Source: Patescibacteria group bacterium (lineage in GTDB: Bacteria; Patescibacteriota; Microgenomatia; UBA12405). From it: a stretch of 64,000 bases of DNA. The stretch lies in assembly GCA_013387215.1 (NCBI GenBank), contig WARW01000019.1:22717-86716 (forward strand), in the 5' to 3' direction. A model generated the notes under the pieces. That model was not told the origin of the DNA, did not search any database, and worked only from the letters and a program-made list of their open reading frames with translations. The position numbers and the translations under genes are program-made. The stretch's first letter is position 1. Every line of letters begins with the position of its first letter. Of the stretch, positions 18,519-29,103 are shown piece after piece.

Positions 18519-19283
18519 ATGAGCAAAACCACTCAAGAAAACAAAGCTAAAAAGCTTAAAACCAAAGTGGAAGAGCAAGACTTAGAGCTTACTCAAAAGG
18601 CCAATATGGAAACTGAAACTGAAGCTGTTGAAGAAACTGCCGAAGTCTCTGAAACCGCAGAAGCCGAAACCACAAAAACCGTTAAAGTTGCCAAAGTCCG
18701 AGGCAAAAAATATCAAGCCGCCAAGAAAAAAATTGACGTCATGAAATTTTATCCTCTCGCCGAAGCAGTCAAATTGGTCAAAGAAACCTCTTTTTCTAAA
18801 TTTGACGGTAAAATTGAAGCCCATATTACCACCTACGATGCTGGTAACGTTGGTGAAATTGCTTTCCCCCACCTCGAAACTTCTTCTAAAAATATCGTCA
18901 TCTTAAATGACGCTGTCTTAGCTGAAATCAAAGAAGGTAAAGTTAATTTCGATATTTTAATTGCTACTCCAGTCACCATGCCAAAACTTTTGCCTTTTGC
19001 AAGAGTTCTTGGTCCAAAAGGTTTAATGCCAAACCCAAAGAATGGCACTTTAACCGATAAACCAGAAGAAGCAGTCAAAAAACTTTCAGTTGCTAAAACC
19101 ATGGTTAAAACTGAAAAGAAAGCTCCTGTTATTCACATTATCGTTGGTAAAGTTTCTCAAACTGAATCTGATTTAGTTGAAAACGTTGCTGAATTAATCA
19201 AAGTTGTCAAAGCAACCAAGATTAAAAAATTGGCTTTATGTGCCACCATGGGCCCATGCGTCAAGGTCGATATTACAAAATAA
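18519..19283 (+). CDS. rplA: 50S ribosomal protein L1 (acidic N-terminal extension, shortened core)
   Basis: LGPKGLMPNPKNGT and TMGP motifs; follows rplK. Confidence 0.93.
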   Translation: MSKTTQENKAKKLKTKVEEQDLELTQKANMETETEAVEETAEVSETAEAETTKTVKVAKVRGKKYQAAKKKIDVMKFYPLAEAVKLVKETSFSKFDGKIEAHITTYDAGNVGEIAFPHLETSSKNIVILNDAVLAEIKEGKVNFDILIATPVTMPKLLPFARVLGPKGLMPNPKNGTLTDKPEEAVKKLSVAKTMVKTEKKAPVIHIIVGKVSQTESDLVENVAELIKVVKATKIKKLALCATMGPCVKVDITK

Positions 19284-19308
19284 TTTTTGTATATAAATTG
19301 ATTCAATC

Positions 19309-19334
19309 ACCCCTCCAATTTCGGAGGGGTTTTT
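19309..19334 (+). terminator. Intrinsic terminator
   Basis: ACCCCTCC/GGAGGGGT stem plus T-run. Confidence 0.85.
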
Positions 19335-19355
19335 GTTATACAATTATCTAAGCTT

Positions 19356-20117
19356 ATGCTAGGTTCGATTAACTTATCACTTCTGATTTGGACGTTTACC
19401 ATCTATTCCTTTTTAGGCTGGTTAACTGAAGTTACTTACTGTTCTTTGAAGCGCAAAAAATTCACCAATCGCGGCTTTTTATTTGGACCGTTTTGCCCTA
19501 TTTACGGATTTAGTTTTGTTCTCGTTATTTGGTTGTTGTCGCCATTCAGAAATAATCTAATCTTATTTTTTCTCGGCGCCATTATTGTGACTTCTTTTGT
19601 TGAATATTTTACTGGTGTAATTTTAGAATTACTTTTTAAAACTCAATGGTGGGATTATTCCAAACGTGCTTTTAATTTAAACGGAAAAGTTTGTCTTCGT
19701 TTTTCCTTATATTGGGGTGTTCTTTGCACTTTAATTATCAAACTAATCCATCCCTTAATTCTTGGCGTAGCTCAATTTTTAACTTTTAAATTAACCGATT
19801 ACGCTGCCTCTCTAGTTTTAGCTTATTTCATAGTCGACTCATCTCTAACCTTTGTTTCACTTTACGGATTGAAAAATATTTTGGAAAGTCTTAATAATCT
19901 CAAACGCCAATATGATCTTGATGTTACCAATGTCCGCCAAAACTCTCTCTTTCCTTTTCTTCGATTAAGAAAACTCCAAAAGAATTTTAATCTAAATCAA
20001 GCTCAGCTCTTAAAAAACTTCAAAAAGCGTTATATTCATTTTATTGATGCTTTTCCAGAACTCAAATCTTCCCGATTCCCAGTTATTAACGACATTCGCA
20101 AAAAACTGGGTGTCTAA
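19356..20117 (+). CDS. Putative ABC transporter permease (DUF1113/CmpB-like)
   Basis: YSFLGW..E, NRGFLFGPFCPIYG and WWDYS..FNLNG motifs. Confidence 0.85.
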   Translation: MLGSINLSLLIWTFTIYSFLGWLTEVTYCSLKRKKFTNRGFLFGPFCPIYGFSFVLVIWLLSPFRNNLILFFLGAIIVTSFVEYFTGVILELLFKTQWWDYSKRAFNLNGKVCLRFSLYWGVLCTLIIKLIHPLILGVAQFLTFKLTDYAASLVLAYFIVDSSLTFVSLYGLKNILESLNNLKRQYDLDVTNVRQNSLFPFLRLRKLQKNFNLNQAQLLKNFKKRYIHFIDAFPELKSSRFPVINDIRKKLGV

Positions 20118-20138
20118 AATGCTATCATACACTAGCTA

Positions 20139-20864
20139 ATGCAAATCACCATAAATAACCTTAAAACTGATTATCTAAAAATTGGCGCTGGTCCAACTTT
20201 AGTTTTTCTTCACGGTTGGTCTAAAGATATTAACAAAGAACGCTACCAAAAACTCTTTGATTCTCTCTCTCAAAAATACCAGCTAATTGCTCTCGACCTT
20301 CCTGGTTTTGGCCAAACCGATTCTCCCCAAAAACCCTGGTCAGTTTCCGATTATGCCAAGTTTGTTAATGAATTTTTAGATAAATTAAATATATCAAACT
20401 GCATCATGGCTGGTCATTCCTTTGGTGGTCGCATTACTCTAAAACTTGCCTCTCAAAATAACCCTAAAATCAAAAAAATAATTTTAATTGACAGCGCTGG
20501 TATCGAAAGAAAATCTCTCAAAGTCAAACTTTTATCTTCTGTTTCCGGCATTATTCCTGTTTCTGTCAAAAAAATATTAATTCCTATCCTTGGTTCAAAA
20601 GATTACAATGATGTTAATGGAGTTTTACGGGAAACTTTCAAACTGGTCGTCAATGAAAACCTTGAACCTATTATTCCCAAAATTAAAGTTCCAACTCTTT
20701 TAGTTTGGGGAAAAGAAGACCACACCACCCCTCTTTGGCATGCCAATCTAATCCAAAAATTAATTCCTCACAGTGTTTTGATTACCGTCCCCGAAGCCAA
20801 TCATGGTCTGCCCTATCGTCAGCCTCAAAAAACCGCTCAAATAATTTTAAATACTAACTTATGA
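20139..20864 (+). CDS. Alpha/beta hydrolase
   Basis: FLHGW, DLPGFG and GHSFGG nucleophile motifs. Confidence 0.9.
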   Translation: MQITINNLKTDYLKIGAGPTLVFLHGWSKDINKERYQKLFDSLSQKYQLIALDLPGFGQTDSPQKPWSVSDYAKFVNEFLDKLNISNCIMAGHSFGGRITLKLASQNNPKIKKIILIDSAGIERKSLKVKLLSSVSGIIPVSVKKILIPILGSKDYNDVNGVLRETFKLVVNENLEPIIPKIKVPTLLVWGKEDHTTPLWHANLIQKLIPHSVLITVPEANHGLPYRQPQKTAQIILNTNL

Positions 20865-22204
20865 TTATCTTTTTTAAATTAATACTTTTTCTTATTTTCC
20901 TGCATCAAGTATTTTTTTGGATTTATCATTGGCAGGTCAAAGAATATCGCCTTGATCGTTTTTTCGATTCCCTCAAAAACCGTTTTGATCTTTTAAAACT
21001 TTTCAAAAATCAATACAATTTACTTTCCTGGTTTCGGCCCAAACCAACTTTCAGAGCTGCTTTATCATTATTTTTAGCCCTAATTTTTTCCCTGCTGCCT
21101 TTATTTGTCTTATCTTTGTCTCAAAGCTTTCTTTTTACCCTTTTTATTCCCATCACTGCTTCTCTGCCCGTTTTTTTGCTTGCTCCTATTTTTAATTATT
21201 TAAAATCCCAACAAATCGAAAAAGCCAAACTGATTATGTCCAAGTATCCCGGCACCGTTATTGGCGTCACCGGTAGTTTTGGCAAGTCTACAACTAAGGA
21301 ATTAATTGCGGCTGTTTTAAGCTCCAAATTTAAAGTCGAAAAAACTCAAAAAAATAATAATTCTGAAATTGGTGTCACCCAAAATGTCTTAAAACTCAAT
21401 TTAAAATCTGACTTTTTCGTGGTCGAAATGGGTGCCTACAAAATTGGCGAAATCAAAGCTATCTGCAATATTGTTAAACCCAAAATTGGCATAATTACTG
21501 GTCTTGGTGATCAGCATTTAAGCCTGTTTGGTAGTCTTGAAAACATAAAAACTGCCAAATACGAACTTATCAAATCCTTGCCTCAAGATGGTTTTGGTAT
21601 CGTGGCCAAAAAAGATTTTAATTTAGACGACGCCAAAAATATTGAAACTTGCAAAGACCATGTCGAGTTTGATTTTCAAAAAACTCATTTTTCTGTTCCG
21701 CTTTTGGGTCAAGATTTAATTTCCAATATTATCGGCACCATAAAAATTTGTCAGCACGCCGGCATGTCGCTTTCAGAAATTCAAACCGCTCTTTCCCAAA
21801 TCGATCCTCACCTTTTTTATCCCAAACTCATCAAAGTCAAACCTGATTCTTTTTTAGTTGATGACAGCTACAACTCCAGTCTCGAATCATTTTTATCCGT
21901 TATCGATTATCTTAAAACTTGGACTGACTACCGAAAAATAATTATCACCCCAGGCATTATTGAACTTGGCCCAAATGCTCAAAAAGATCACCTTAAAATA
22001 GGTAAAAATCTTAATGTTGCCGATCTGGTATTTGTCACCCAGCCCCATCAATTTTCTGCTTTAAATCAATATCAAAATTGTCAGCTTGAGACCAACACCA
22101 AAAGGCTTATTGCCAAATTAAAAAGTTTTAGAACTCAAAAAACCGTTTTTCTTTTTAAAGGACGGGTTCCTTCAGCTATAATCAACTCATTAATCCATGA
22201 ATAA
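20861..22204 (+). CDS. MurF-like Mur ligase with N-terminal membrane segments
   Basis: GVTGSFGKSTTKE, VEMGA and DDSYNS motifs. Confidence 0.85.
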   Translation: MIIFFKLILFLIFLHQVFFWIYHWQVKEYRLDRFFDSLKNRFDLLKLFKNQYNLLSWFRPKPTFRAALSLFLALIFSLLPLFVLSLSQSFLFTLFIPITASLPVFLLAPIFNYLKSQQIEKAKLIMSKYPGTVIGVTGSFGKSTTKELIAAVLSSKFKVEKTQKNNNSEIGVTQNVLKLNLKSDFFVVEMGAYKIGEIKAICNIVKPKIGIITGLGDQHLSLFGSLENIKTAKYELIKSLPQDGFGIVAKKDFNLDDAKNIETCKDHVEFDFQKTHFSVPLLGQDLISNIIGTIKICQHAGMSLSEIQTALSQIDPHLFYPKLIKVKPDSFLVDDSYNSSLESFLSVIDYLKTWTDYRKIIITPGIIELGPNAQKDHLKIGKNLNVADLVFVTQPHQFSALNQYQNCQLETNTKRLIAKLKSFRTQKTVFLFKGRVPSAIINSLIHE

Positions 22205-23420
22205 TCCTTTTAAAACCATTGCCATTAGTTTAATCCCCAACTTCACTTTTTCAGATGTCGTTCGTTCAAAACTATTAATTTTTCAACCCTGGAATTACCA
22301 AAACTCTGATTCTCAAAACACCCTCAAAAAAAACCTGGCTACTTATCTAAACCAAAAACATGTCGAACTTTTCGACAGCGGTCGCACTGCCCTTTATTTT
22401 TTGCTTCAAGCCCTCAACATCAAAACTGGCGACGAAGTTATTATTCAATCATTTACCTGTTCTGTAGTCCCCGCATCCATCATCTGGACTGGCGCCGTTC
22501 CCATTTACGCCGACATCGATAAAACATATAATCTTGATCCGGAAAAATTATCCAAATTAATTACTCCTAAAACTAAAGCTGTCATTATTCAGCACACTTT
22601 TGGCACACCAGCAAATATCGATAAAATCGTTTCCGTTTGTAAGTCTAAAAAAATTATATTAATTGAGGATTGTGCTCATGGTTTTGGCAACAGTTATAAA
22701 GGCCAAAAACTTGGCACCTTCGGCCAAGCCAGTTTCTACAGTTTCGGCCGCGACAAAGTCATCTCTGGTGTTTGGGGAGGAGCTGTTTCCATAAACGATT
22801 CTCAAATATTTGAAAACCTCAGAAAACTTACTTCCAAATTACCTCGCCACACTCTTTCATGGACCCTAAAACAGCTAATTTACCCTCCTTTAATGTTTGT
22901 CATCACCAAAACTTATTCTTTCTTTAAATTGGGTAAGGTGCTTCATTTTTGTTTTCGCCGTCTCCATCTTTTATCAGATGCCATTACTCCTCAAGAGAAA
23001 CAAGGCATTAAGCCAAAAACTTTTTATCAAGGCTTACCCTCCCCACTTTGTCTTTTAGTTATAAATCAACTCAAAAAAATCGATGCCTTTATTCAACATC
23101 GTCAAAGATTGGCCCACTTTTATTCCGAAAAACTCAACACTAAATTTGATCCTTCCTCCTCTTATTTGCGCTATTCTCTTGAGATCGATAACCCTCAAAA
23201 AATTAGATCTAAATCAGCCCTAAAAAACATCTTTTTAGGCGACTGGTATACCACTGTAATCGCACCAAAAGATATCAATCTATCTCATTTTATGTATCAA
23301 ACTGGATCATGTCCTCAAGCCGAGGCTATGACTCAAAAAATTATTAATTTACCAACTAACCCCAACTTATCTCTTGCCGATGCTCAAAAAGTGGTTAATA
23401 TAATAAAACAATGGAAATAA
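22197..23420 (+). CDS. DegT/DnrJ/EryC1/StrS family PLP aminotransferase
   Basis: SGRTAL, IEDCAH, SFGRDK and INLP motifs. Confidence 0.88.
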   Translation: MNNPFKTIAISLIPNFTFSDVVRSKLLIFQPWNYQNSDSQNTLKKNLATYLNQKHVELFDSGRTALYFLLQALNIKTGDEVIIQSFTCSVVPASIIWTGAVPIYADIDKTYNLDPEKLSKLITPKTKAVIIQHTFGTPANIDKIVSVCKSKKIILIEDCAHGFGNSYKGQKLGTFGQASFYSFGRDKVISGVWGGAVSINDSQIFENLRKLTSKLPRHTLSWTLKQLIYPPLMFVITKTYSFFKLGKVLHFCFRRLHLLSDAITPQEKQGIKPKTFYQGLPSPLCLLVINQLKKIDAFIQHRQRLAHFYSEKLNTKFDPSSSYLRYSLEIDNPQKIRSKSALKNIFLGDWYTTVIAPKDINLSHFMYQTGSCPQAEAMTQKIINLPTNPNLSLADAQKVVNIIKQWK

Positions 23421-24427
23421 AAGAAATCACCAATAAATCGGTTTGGGAAAAATTTGTCACAAGTCTTTCAGATCACACTTTCTTGCAGGGTTGGAATTGG
23501 GGTGAAATCAATAATAAAATTGGTGAAGATCTTTATCGGCTTGGTCTATATAACCAAAATAAACTTATTGGAGTCTGCCAAGTCTTCACCGTCACTGCCC
23601 GCCGCGGCAAATTCTTGTTTATTCCCCATGGTCCGCTTTTGGAAAAATTTTCTCAATCTCAACTCAAATATATTTACGATTATTTAAAAAAACTTGCCAA
23701 AGACAAGGGCGTTCATTTTATCCGTGTCAGTCCTTGGATTGAATCCACCGATAAAAACAAAAAAGTCTATCAAAATCTTGGTTTTAAACCAGCTCCGATT
23801 TTCATGCACGCCGAAGAAACTTGGTTAATTGATATCAGCAAAGACGAGTCAGTGCTTTTGTCTGAAATGAGAAAAACCACCCGAAATTTAATTAATCGGG
23901 CTACTCGAGATGGTGTTGAGATAATTAAAAGCCAAGACCCGAAAGACATTAAATATCTTTACGATCTTCAACTGGAAACTTCTAAAAGAAATCACTTCGT
24001 TCCTTTTTCCAAAAAAATCCTTGAACTGGAACTTAATACTTTTTCCCAAGACAATCAATGTGTCCTATTTTTAGGCAAATACGATGGCATAGTTACCGGT
24101 GCTGCTATTATCGTTTACTATGGTAAATTCGCTTTCTACTATCAAAGCGGTTCTGTTGAAAACAAAGTTCCCGTCAACTATCTTTTGCAATGGGAAGTAA
24201 TTAAGGAAGCCAAAGCCCGTGGCTGCCAAGTTTACAACATGTGGGGCATTGCTCCCCCCAATAAACCCAAACATCCTTGGAATGGCCTGACAACCTTCAA
24301 AACTGGCTTTGGTGGCTTCAATCGCAACTATCTTCACGCCCAAGATTTGATTTTATCGCCTAAATACTGGATCACCTACGTAATTGAAAAAATCCCTAAA
24401 ACCTTAAGAGCTAAATTTGCCAAGTAA
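23411..24427 (+). CDS. FemAB/FemX family peptidoglycan bridge aminoacyltransferase
   Basis: FLQGWNWG, HGP, KTTRNLI and FKTGFGG motifs. Confidence 0.9.
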   Translation: MEIKEITNKSVWEKFVTSLSDHTFLQGWNWGEINNKIGEDLYRLGLYNQNKLIGVCQVFTVTARRGKFLFIPHGPLLEKFSQSQLKYIYDYLKKLAKDKGVHFIRVSPWIESTDKNKKVYQNLGFKPAPIFMHAEETWLIDISKDESVLLSEMRKTTRNLINRATRDGVEIIKSQDPKDIKYLYDLQLETSKRNHFVPFSKKILELELNTFSQDNQCVLFLGKYDGIVTGAAIIVYYGKFAFYYQSGSVENKVPVNYLLQWEVIKEAKARGCQVYNMWGIAPPNKPKHPWNGLTTFKTGFGGFNRNYLHAQDLILSPKYWITYVIEKIPKTLRAKFAK

Positions 24428-25018
24428 TCACTCTTCAAAGCTCGGGTGTCTTAATTGAATCTTTCCCTCTCTGAAACTTGGCATGTCTTTTAAGATAAAT
24501 ACTCTATCTTCCAAACCGGTTATTACCCCTAACTTTGCCACCACATCATACTCTCCCAAACCCAATTCCAACGCTTCTTCAGTTAAACTTCTTAACTTTT
24601 TTAATAAACCATCTGGCACCTCACCAACTTTCATGCTTTCAATTTTACTGCCGATATATTTAATTTCTGCCAAAATATTCTTTTCATCTTCAGTCATTTG
24701 ATTCATTTCCTCTTTAGTCAGTATTAAAGTAGCATCAGCACATTCATTTACCTCATCAATCATGTTTTTAACTTCCTCACCTATTTCAAAAGCAGTATCA
24801 TCAACCCCCAAGCCATTTCTAATAAACACTCCAGCTGTTTCATATATTAGTTTTCGGGGACACCAGACATCTTCTTCATTCAATTTTTTTTCATGGGCTT
24901 CCAATCTGCAAGCGTCAAGTGATTCGCAATTTTCAAAAATCATTCCGCACACGGGCCCGATCTCGCATGGATCGTGGAATCCCCACCATTGAACTCTTCG
25001 CTCAATTTCTCGATTCAT
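24428..25018 (-). CDS. Hypothetical acidic protein with Cys-rich N-terminus
   Basis: 196-aa ORF directly downstream of 25025..25597. Confidence 0.6.
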   Translation of the reverse strand: MNREIERRVQWWGFHDPCEIGPVCGMIFENCESLDACRLEAHEKKLNEEDVWCPRKLIYETAGVFIRNGLGVDDTAFEIGEEVKNMIDEVNECADATLILTKEEMNQMTEDEKNILAEIKYIGSKIESMKVGEVPDGLLKKLRSLTEEALELGLGEYDVVAKLGVITGLEDRVFILKDMPSFREGKIQLRHPSFEE

Positions 25019-25024
25019 TATAAT

Positions 25025-25597
25025 TTAACCTTTAAATTCTCGGTCTTTTTTCATTTCCCTTTCAATCAGGTTTCTCAAAAATACTGATCTGGGAATCATT
25101 TTTTCTTGTGCCACCCAATCAAGGTAAGCTAAAATCTTTGGACTAACAAAAAAATTAAATCTAACATCGACGTTTTTCTTAGATTCTTCAACTGCCTTTT
25201 TCAATAATTCTTCTAAATTTTCTTTGGTATAACTAATACTTTGTACTTTATCTCTACCTAAACCTTCCAAAAGCATTGCTCTGTTACCACCTTGTATATT
25301 TAATAAAATTACTGACTTGTTCAAATTGACAGCCTCAGTAACTTCATGGCCCACTGAAACACTTGGAGTCGACACTTCCGCCACCACTAGATCTGCTTCT
25401 TTTATTTTATCTAATAAATTTTTATATACCTTTCTTATTTCTTCGGAACTTTGTTTATCAATTTCATTAACATCGGTTTTTAGAATATGATCAGCATAAA
25501 CATTACACCCCAAATTCTTTAAAGTTTTTACAATCGTTAAATAACTTTCGTTATAATTAGTTCTTCCATGCACTGATGCAGCAAAATAAACTTTCAT
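25025..25597 (-). CDS. Nucleoside 2-deoxyribosyltransferase-like domain fused to a C-terminal ribbon-helix-helix
   Basis: KVYFAAS, ADLVVAEVSTPSVSVGHE; C-terminus VRFNFFV...RSVFLRNLIE. Confidence 0.75.
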   Translation of the reverse strand: MKVYFAASVHGRTNYNESYLTIVKTLKNLGCNVYADHILKTDVNEIDKQSSEEIRKVYKNLLDKIKEADLVVAEVSTPSVSVGHEVTEAVNLNKSVILLNIQGGNRAMLLEGLGRDKVQSISYTKENLEELLKKAVEESKKNVDVRFNFFVSPKILAYLDWVAQEKMIPRSVFLRNLIEREMKKDREFKG

Positions 25598-25657
25598 ATA
25601 CTGGGATTATAATATAAATATCCCTAAAATCCATAATTTGTTATAATTACATACCTT

Positions 25658-26701
25658 ATGAATAGCCCTGCCCTACTCAACATAGATGATAAAGAGCTGT
25701 TAAGTAACAATATCAATATTAGAGAATTGATGTTTTGTATCACTTTAACCTGCAATTTAAGGTGCAAAATATGCTACCTGGGCAATGACTGGTTAAACAG
25801 TAACCTCTCTTTTTCCGATATAGAAGTAAAATCAATTTTGAATCATTATGGCAAAAAAGGTTTAGATCGGCTCACATTTCTTGGCGGAGAACCATTTTTA
25901 CATCCTAATATTACTGATTTTATTATTTTCGCTCGACAGTTCGATATTAAAGAAAAAAGAATCACTACTAATTGTCTCGATTTAGGATTTTTTGACTTAA
26001 AAAGACTTGATCCTTCAGATTTAGACCATATCAGTGTTAGTTTTGATGGCACAACCAAAGAAACTCATGAATTTGTTAGAGGTAAAAACACTTTTGATAG
26101 AACTGTTGAAAATATTAAAAAATTAGTTAACCATGGATTTAAAATTCACACCAACTTTACCGTTACAGGTTTCAATAAACACGAAGTAATTGATGCTGTT
26201 AAATTTTCAAGAAACCTAGGAGCCTCAGAAATTAATTTTCATTTAGTTTCTTTAATAGGCAATGCTAAAAATCATACGGAATTTAAAGTAACACCTAAAG
26301 AATGGATTGATATACGTAAAAAATTAAAAGAAATAAAAGATGTTAAAGGTATCGATCTTAGAATTCCTATTATGTATGTAACCAAAGATGAATATGAACA
26401 ATTAATTAAAAATAATAATTATTATCCAATCCAAGAAAAATCATATTATAGTGGCTCAGGTCAGAGAATTGTGCTTTATCCAAATAGTAAAGTCTATATG
26501 TCTTGTGATCTAACTGGGACTGAGTTTAATTTTGCTAATTATTCTAATGGTAAATTTACCGTTTCTAAAACCAGAAATGAAATATCTAGTTTTAACCAAG
26601 GCCAAAATAATCCAGATATTTCAAGCGATTTACTTAACTTAAACAATCAAGGTTTTGTCCGCCTTTCAATTTCTTATAAAGAAAAAATTAAATTGGCTTA
26701 A
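25658..26701 (+). CDS. Radical SAM protein
   Basis: CNLRCKIC (CxxxCxxC), GGEPF and SFDG motifs. Confidence 0.92.
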   Translation: MNSPALLNIDDKELLSNNINIRELMFCITLTCNLRCKICYLGNDWLNSNLSFSDIEVKSILNHYGKKGLDRLTFLGGEPFLHPNITDFIIFARQFDIKEKRITTNCLDLGFFDLKRLDPSDLDHISVSFDGTTKETHEFVRGKNTFDRTVENIKKLVNHGFKIHTNFTVTGFNKHEVIDAVKFSRNLGASEINFHLVSLIGNAKNHTEFKVTPKEWIDIRKKLKEIKDVKGIDLRIPIMYVTKDEYEQLIKNNNYYPIQEKSYYSGSGQRIVLYPNSKVYMSCDLTGTEFNFANYSNGKFTVSKTRNEISSFNQGQNNPDISSDLLNLNNQGFVRLSISYKEKIKLA

Positions 26702-26710
26702 TTTTTTAAT

Positions 26711-27289
26711 CTATTCTTCCCTATATTGGGCATCTTTTTTCATTTCTTTTTCGATCAAGTTTCTCAAAAACACTGATCGTGGAACCATCTTCTTTTGAGC
26801 CACCCAATCAAGATAAGATAAAATTTTTGGATTCACAAAAAAGTTAAATCTGACATCAATCAAGCTATTAGCTTTCTTCATTGCCATCTCCACCACTTCC
26901 TCCATATTCTTTTCATCATATTCCATCATGATTAATTTCGAATCAATTATCCCCTTAATAAAACTTGGCATCTGATTAACTTTATGAAGTGCAATCACTG
27001 GTTTGCTGCTATCCAAAGCTTTGCTTATCAAATAACCTAAAGACATACTATGTCCAGAAGCTTCTACAATCATCACGTCAGCTTTTTTGATGCATTTCAT
27101 CGATTGGACATAATTATCCACTTTCACTTTCAGAGGAGCGCTTTGAATGTCTTTAACCCCCATTTTGGCCCATTTTAAAACTTTGTCGCTCAACATCTTA
27201 TTGCCGGCCTCCAAGCATTGATACATTCTTTCATATAATTTTGGTTCAACTGCCACCAATCTCGATGAAGCAATAAAATATATTTTCAT
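26711..27289 (-). CDS. Paralog of 25025..25597 (NDT-like plus RHH)
   Basis: Near-identical C-terminus DVRFNFFVNPKILSYLDWVAQKKMVPRSVFLRNLIE. Confidence 0.75.
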   Translation of the reverse strand: MKIYFIASSRLVAVEPKLYERMYQCLEAGNKMLSDKVLKWAKMGVKDIQSAPLKVKVDNYVQSMKCIKKADVMIVEASGHSMSLGYLISKALDSSKPVIALHKVNQMPSFIKGIIDSKLIMMEYDEKNMEEVVEMAMKKANSLIDVRFNFFVNPKILSYLDWVAQKKMVPRSVFLRNLIEKEMKKDAQYREE

Positions 27290-27412
27290 AGACGATAAAT
27301 ATTAATAAATAAAGGATAAAAATCTAAAGAAAAAAATGGCGAAAAAGTCCTGATCAGGTGAAGCATTAAATATGTACAATCTCTTGTCAACTTAAGCCCA
27401 GTATACCATTAT

Positions 27413-28495
27413 TTACTTCTTCAAAATACTATTAAAAAAACCGATATCTTGCCCAACCACTTGATTCCAACTATTTTTTAAATTATGATCATCACCTTGA
27501 TAAACATATAGTGTTGCAGATTTTCCCAAAGCTTTAAGTTTATTAACAACTTCTTGCTGCCAATCCACATTGCACCAGACATCAGCCGTCCCTTGATGAA
27601 TTATAACTGGCGCCTCAATCCATTGATAATAATTTTCTACTGCATATCTTCTTGGATCGTATCTTTTTCCAAAATCGCTGATTAATTTTCTTATCGGATC
27701 GCCGCTTGTACCGCTGTCTGCCGTATCCAAAACACTCTGAGGAAATGGATTTGTCATTGGCGCCCACAAAACTGTTGGGTAATCAGCACTACTCACTTCC
27801 AATGTCGATAAAGCGATTTGTCCGCCGTTGCTGTGCGCCCAAATGCCAATTTTACTTGAATCAACATATGGCAGTCTTTTAACTGACTCGATTAAATCCA
27901 TCACTGATTCCACTTTCTCAAATCTCGCTTCCAACGAATCAGCACTTTCATTATTTGACAGTCCATATCCTAAAAAATCCAAAGACACTGTCACATATCC
28001 ATTTTTAGCCAATTCATCGGCAACTTTCCAGGTTCCAGAACCGGAGTAATACCCTTCTCCTTCAGCAAACCCTCGGATCATAATTATTGCTGGCATCTTA
28101 TTGCTCATTGGCGTCATCGGTGTATTTATCATTCCGCTTATTTTTTTGCCGTTGCTTTGAAAACTGAATATTTCACTTTTCCATGTCATGCTTTTATTTA
28201 AAATTGATTGGGCTAGTTTTTGTTTCTTTTTGGGCAATGTTGCTTTAATGGCATTCAATCTTCTGATATTTACATCAACAGTTTCTCCTTCAATCTTAAT
28301 ATCACTCCCAATCCCCCCTCTTTTTTTTAAAGAATCAAAATCATATTTTTCCAATTTATTTTCTTTCCGCTCAAATTTACCGCCGCCTGGATTCAAGTTT
28401 GAAAACCATGGCCACTTGTAATAATTTTTGTATACATAAAATCCCGTGCCCAAAAATAAAACCAACCCCAAAGCTAAAATAATTATTTTCTTCAC
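27413..28495 (-). CDS. Membrane-anchored alpha/beta hydrolase (S9 peptidase-like)
   Basis: WAHSNGG, HQGTAD and GDDHN triad motifs; N-terminal TM. Confidence 0.85.
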   Translation of the reverse strand: MKKIIILALGLVLFLGTGFYVYKNYYKWPWFSNLNPGGGKFERKENKLEKYDFDSLKKRGGIGSDIKIEGETVDVNIRRLNAIKATLPKKKQKLAQSILNKSMTWKSEIFSFQSNGKKISGMINTPMTPMSNKMPAIIMIRGFAEGEGYYSGSGTWKVADELAKNGYVTVSLDFLGYGLSNNESADSLEARFEKVESVMDLIESVKRLPYVDSSKIGIWAHSNGGQIALSTLEVSSADYPTVLWAPMTNPFPQSVLDTADSGTSGDPIRKLISDFGKRYDPRRYAVENYYQWIEAPVIIHQGTADVWCNVDWQQEVVNKLKALGKSATLYVYQGDDHNLKNSWNQVVGQDIGFFNSILKK

Positions 28496-28536
28496 TATAT
28501 TATTTTAAACCATTTTACAATCACTTCTCTTTTGTG

Positions 28537-28614
28537 TATAATCCCGTAATTTTAAATACAAAGCTATTGCGCTTTGATATTTGCACATTAACTAAGAGAA
28601 AGGAGCTGATTTCC
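28537..28614 (+). promoter_or_regulatory. Cassette leader
   Basis: TATAAT 28537-28542; hairpin 28559-28576 (loop TATTGC); GCACATTAACTA 28583-28594; AAGGAG. Confidence 0.65.
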
Positions 28615-29028
28615 ATGGCACTTATTATCCGTAAGCATTATCTTTATGGCACAAAAGAGAAAATTGGTTTAAACCTTTTATTAAATGGACATTATAATCC
28701 AGACGATCAATCGCTCAAACTAATCCCCGGTATCCAAACACTAACCGTCTCAGATCATCAGCTGATTGTCTTTTTTGCCAACAGCCTGGTCGGCTTCGAA
28801 GTGATGGCCACCAATGTTCCCATCAAAGCAGTTGAACATCTTCACAGTGTTACTGAAAAATCCGATCAGTATATGATCGAAAATAAAAATAAGATGTACA
28901 TTCATGTCAAAAAGGATCCGGAGTTTCTCCTTGGCTACGAACTTATCATTATTCCCGACGAGAGGGCTAAAATTTTGTCCAAAAACGAAGATATCCCTCT
29001 TTGTGGTCCATATGATGATAATCGTTAG
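28615..29028 (+). CDS. Hypothetical cassette protein
   Basis: ORF 28534..29028; ATG 28615 follows GAAAGGAG. Confidence 0.7.
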   Translation: MALIIRKHYLYGTKEKIGLNLLLNGHYNPDDQSLKLIPGIQTLTVSDHQLIVFFANSLVGFEVMATNVPIKAVEHLHSVTEKSDQYMIENKNKMYIHVKKDPEFLLGYELIIIPDERAKILSKNEDIPLCGPYDDNR

Positions 29029-29103
29029 TAGCTTCCCTTTGTCTTGCCTCTGGCTGTTTTATAAATTTATTTATAAACACTCGGAGGTTTTTTTTGGCAA
29101 AAT

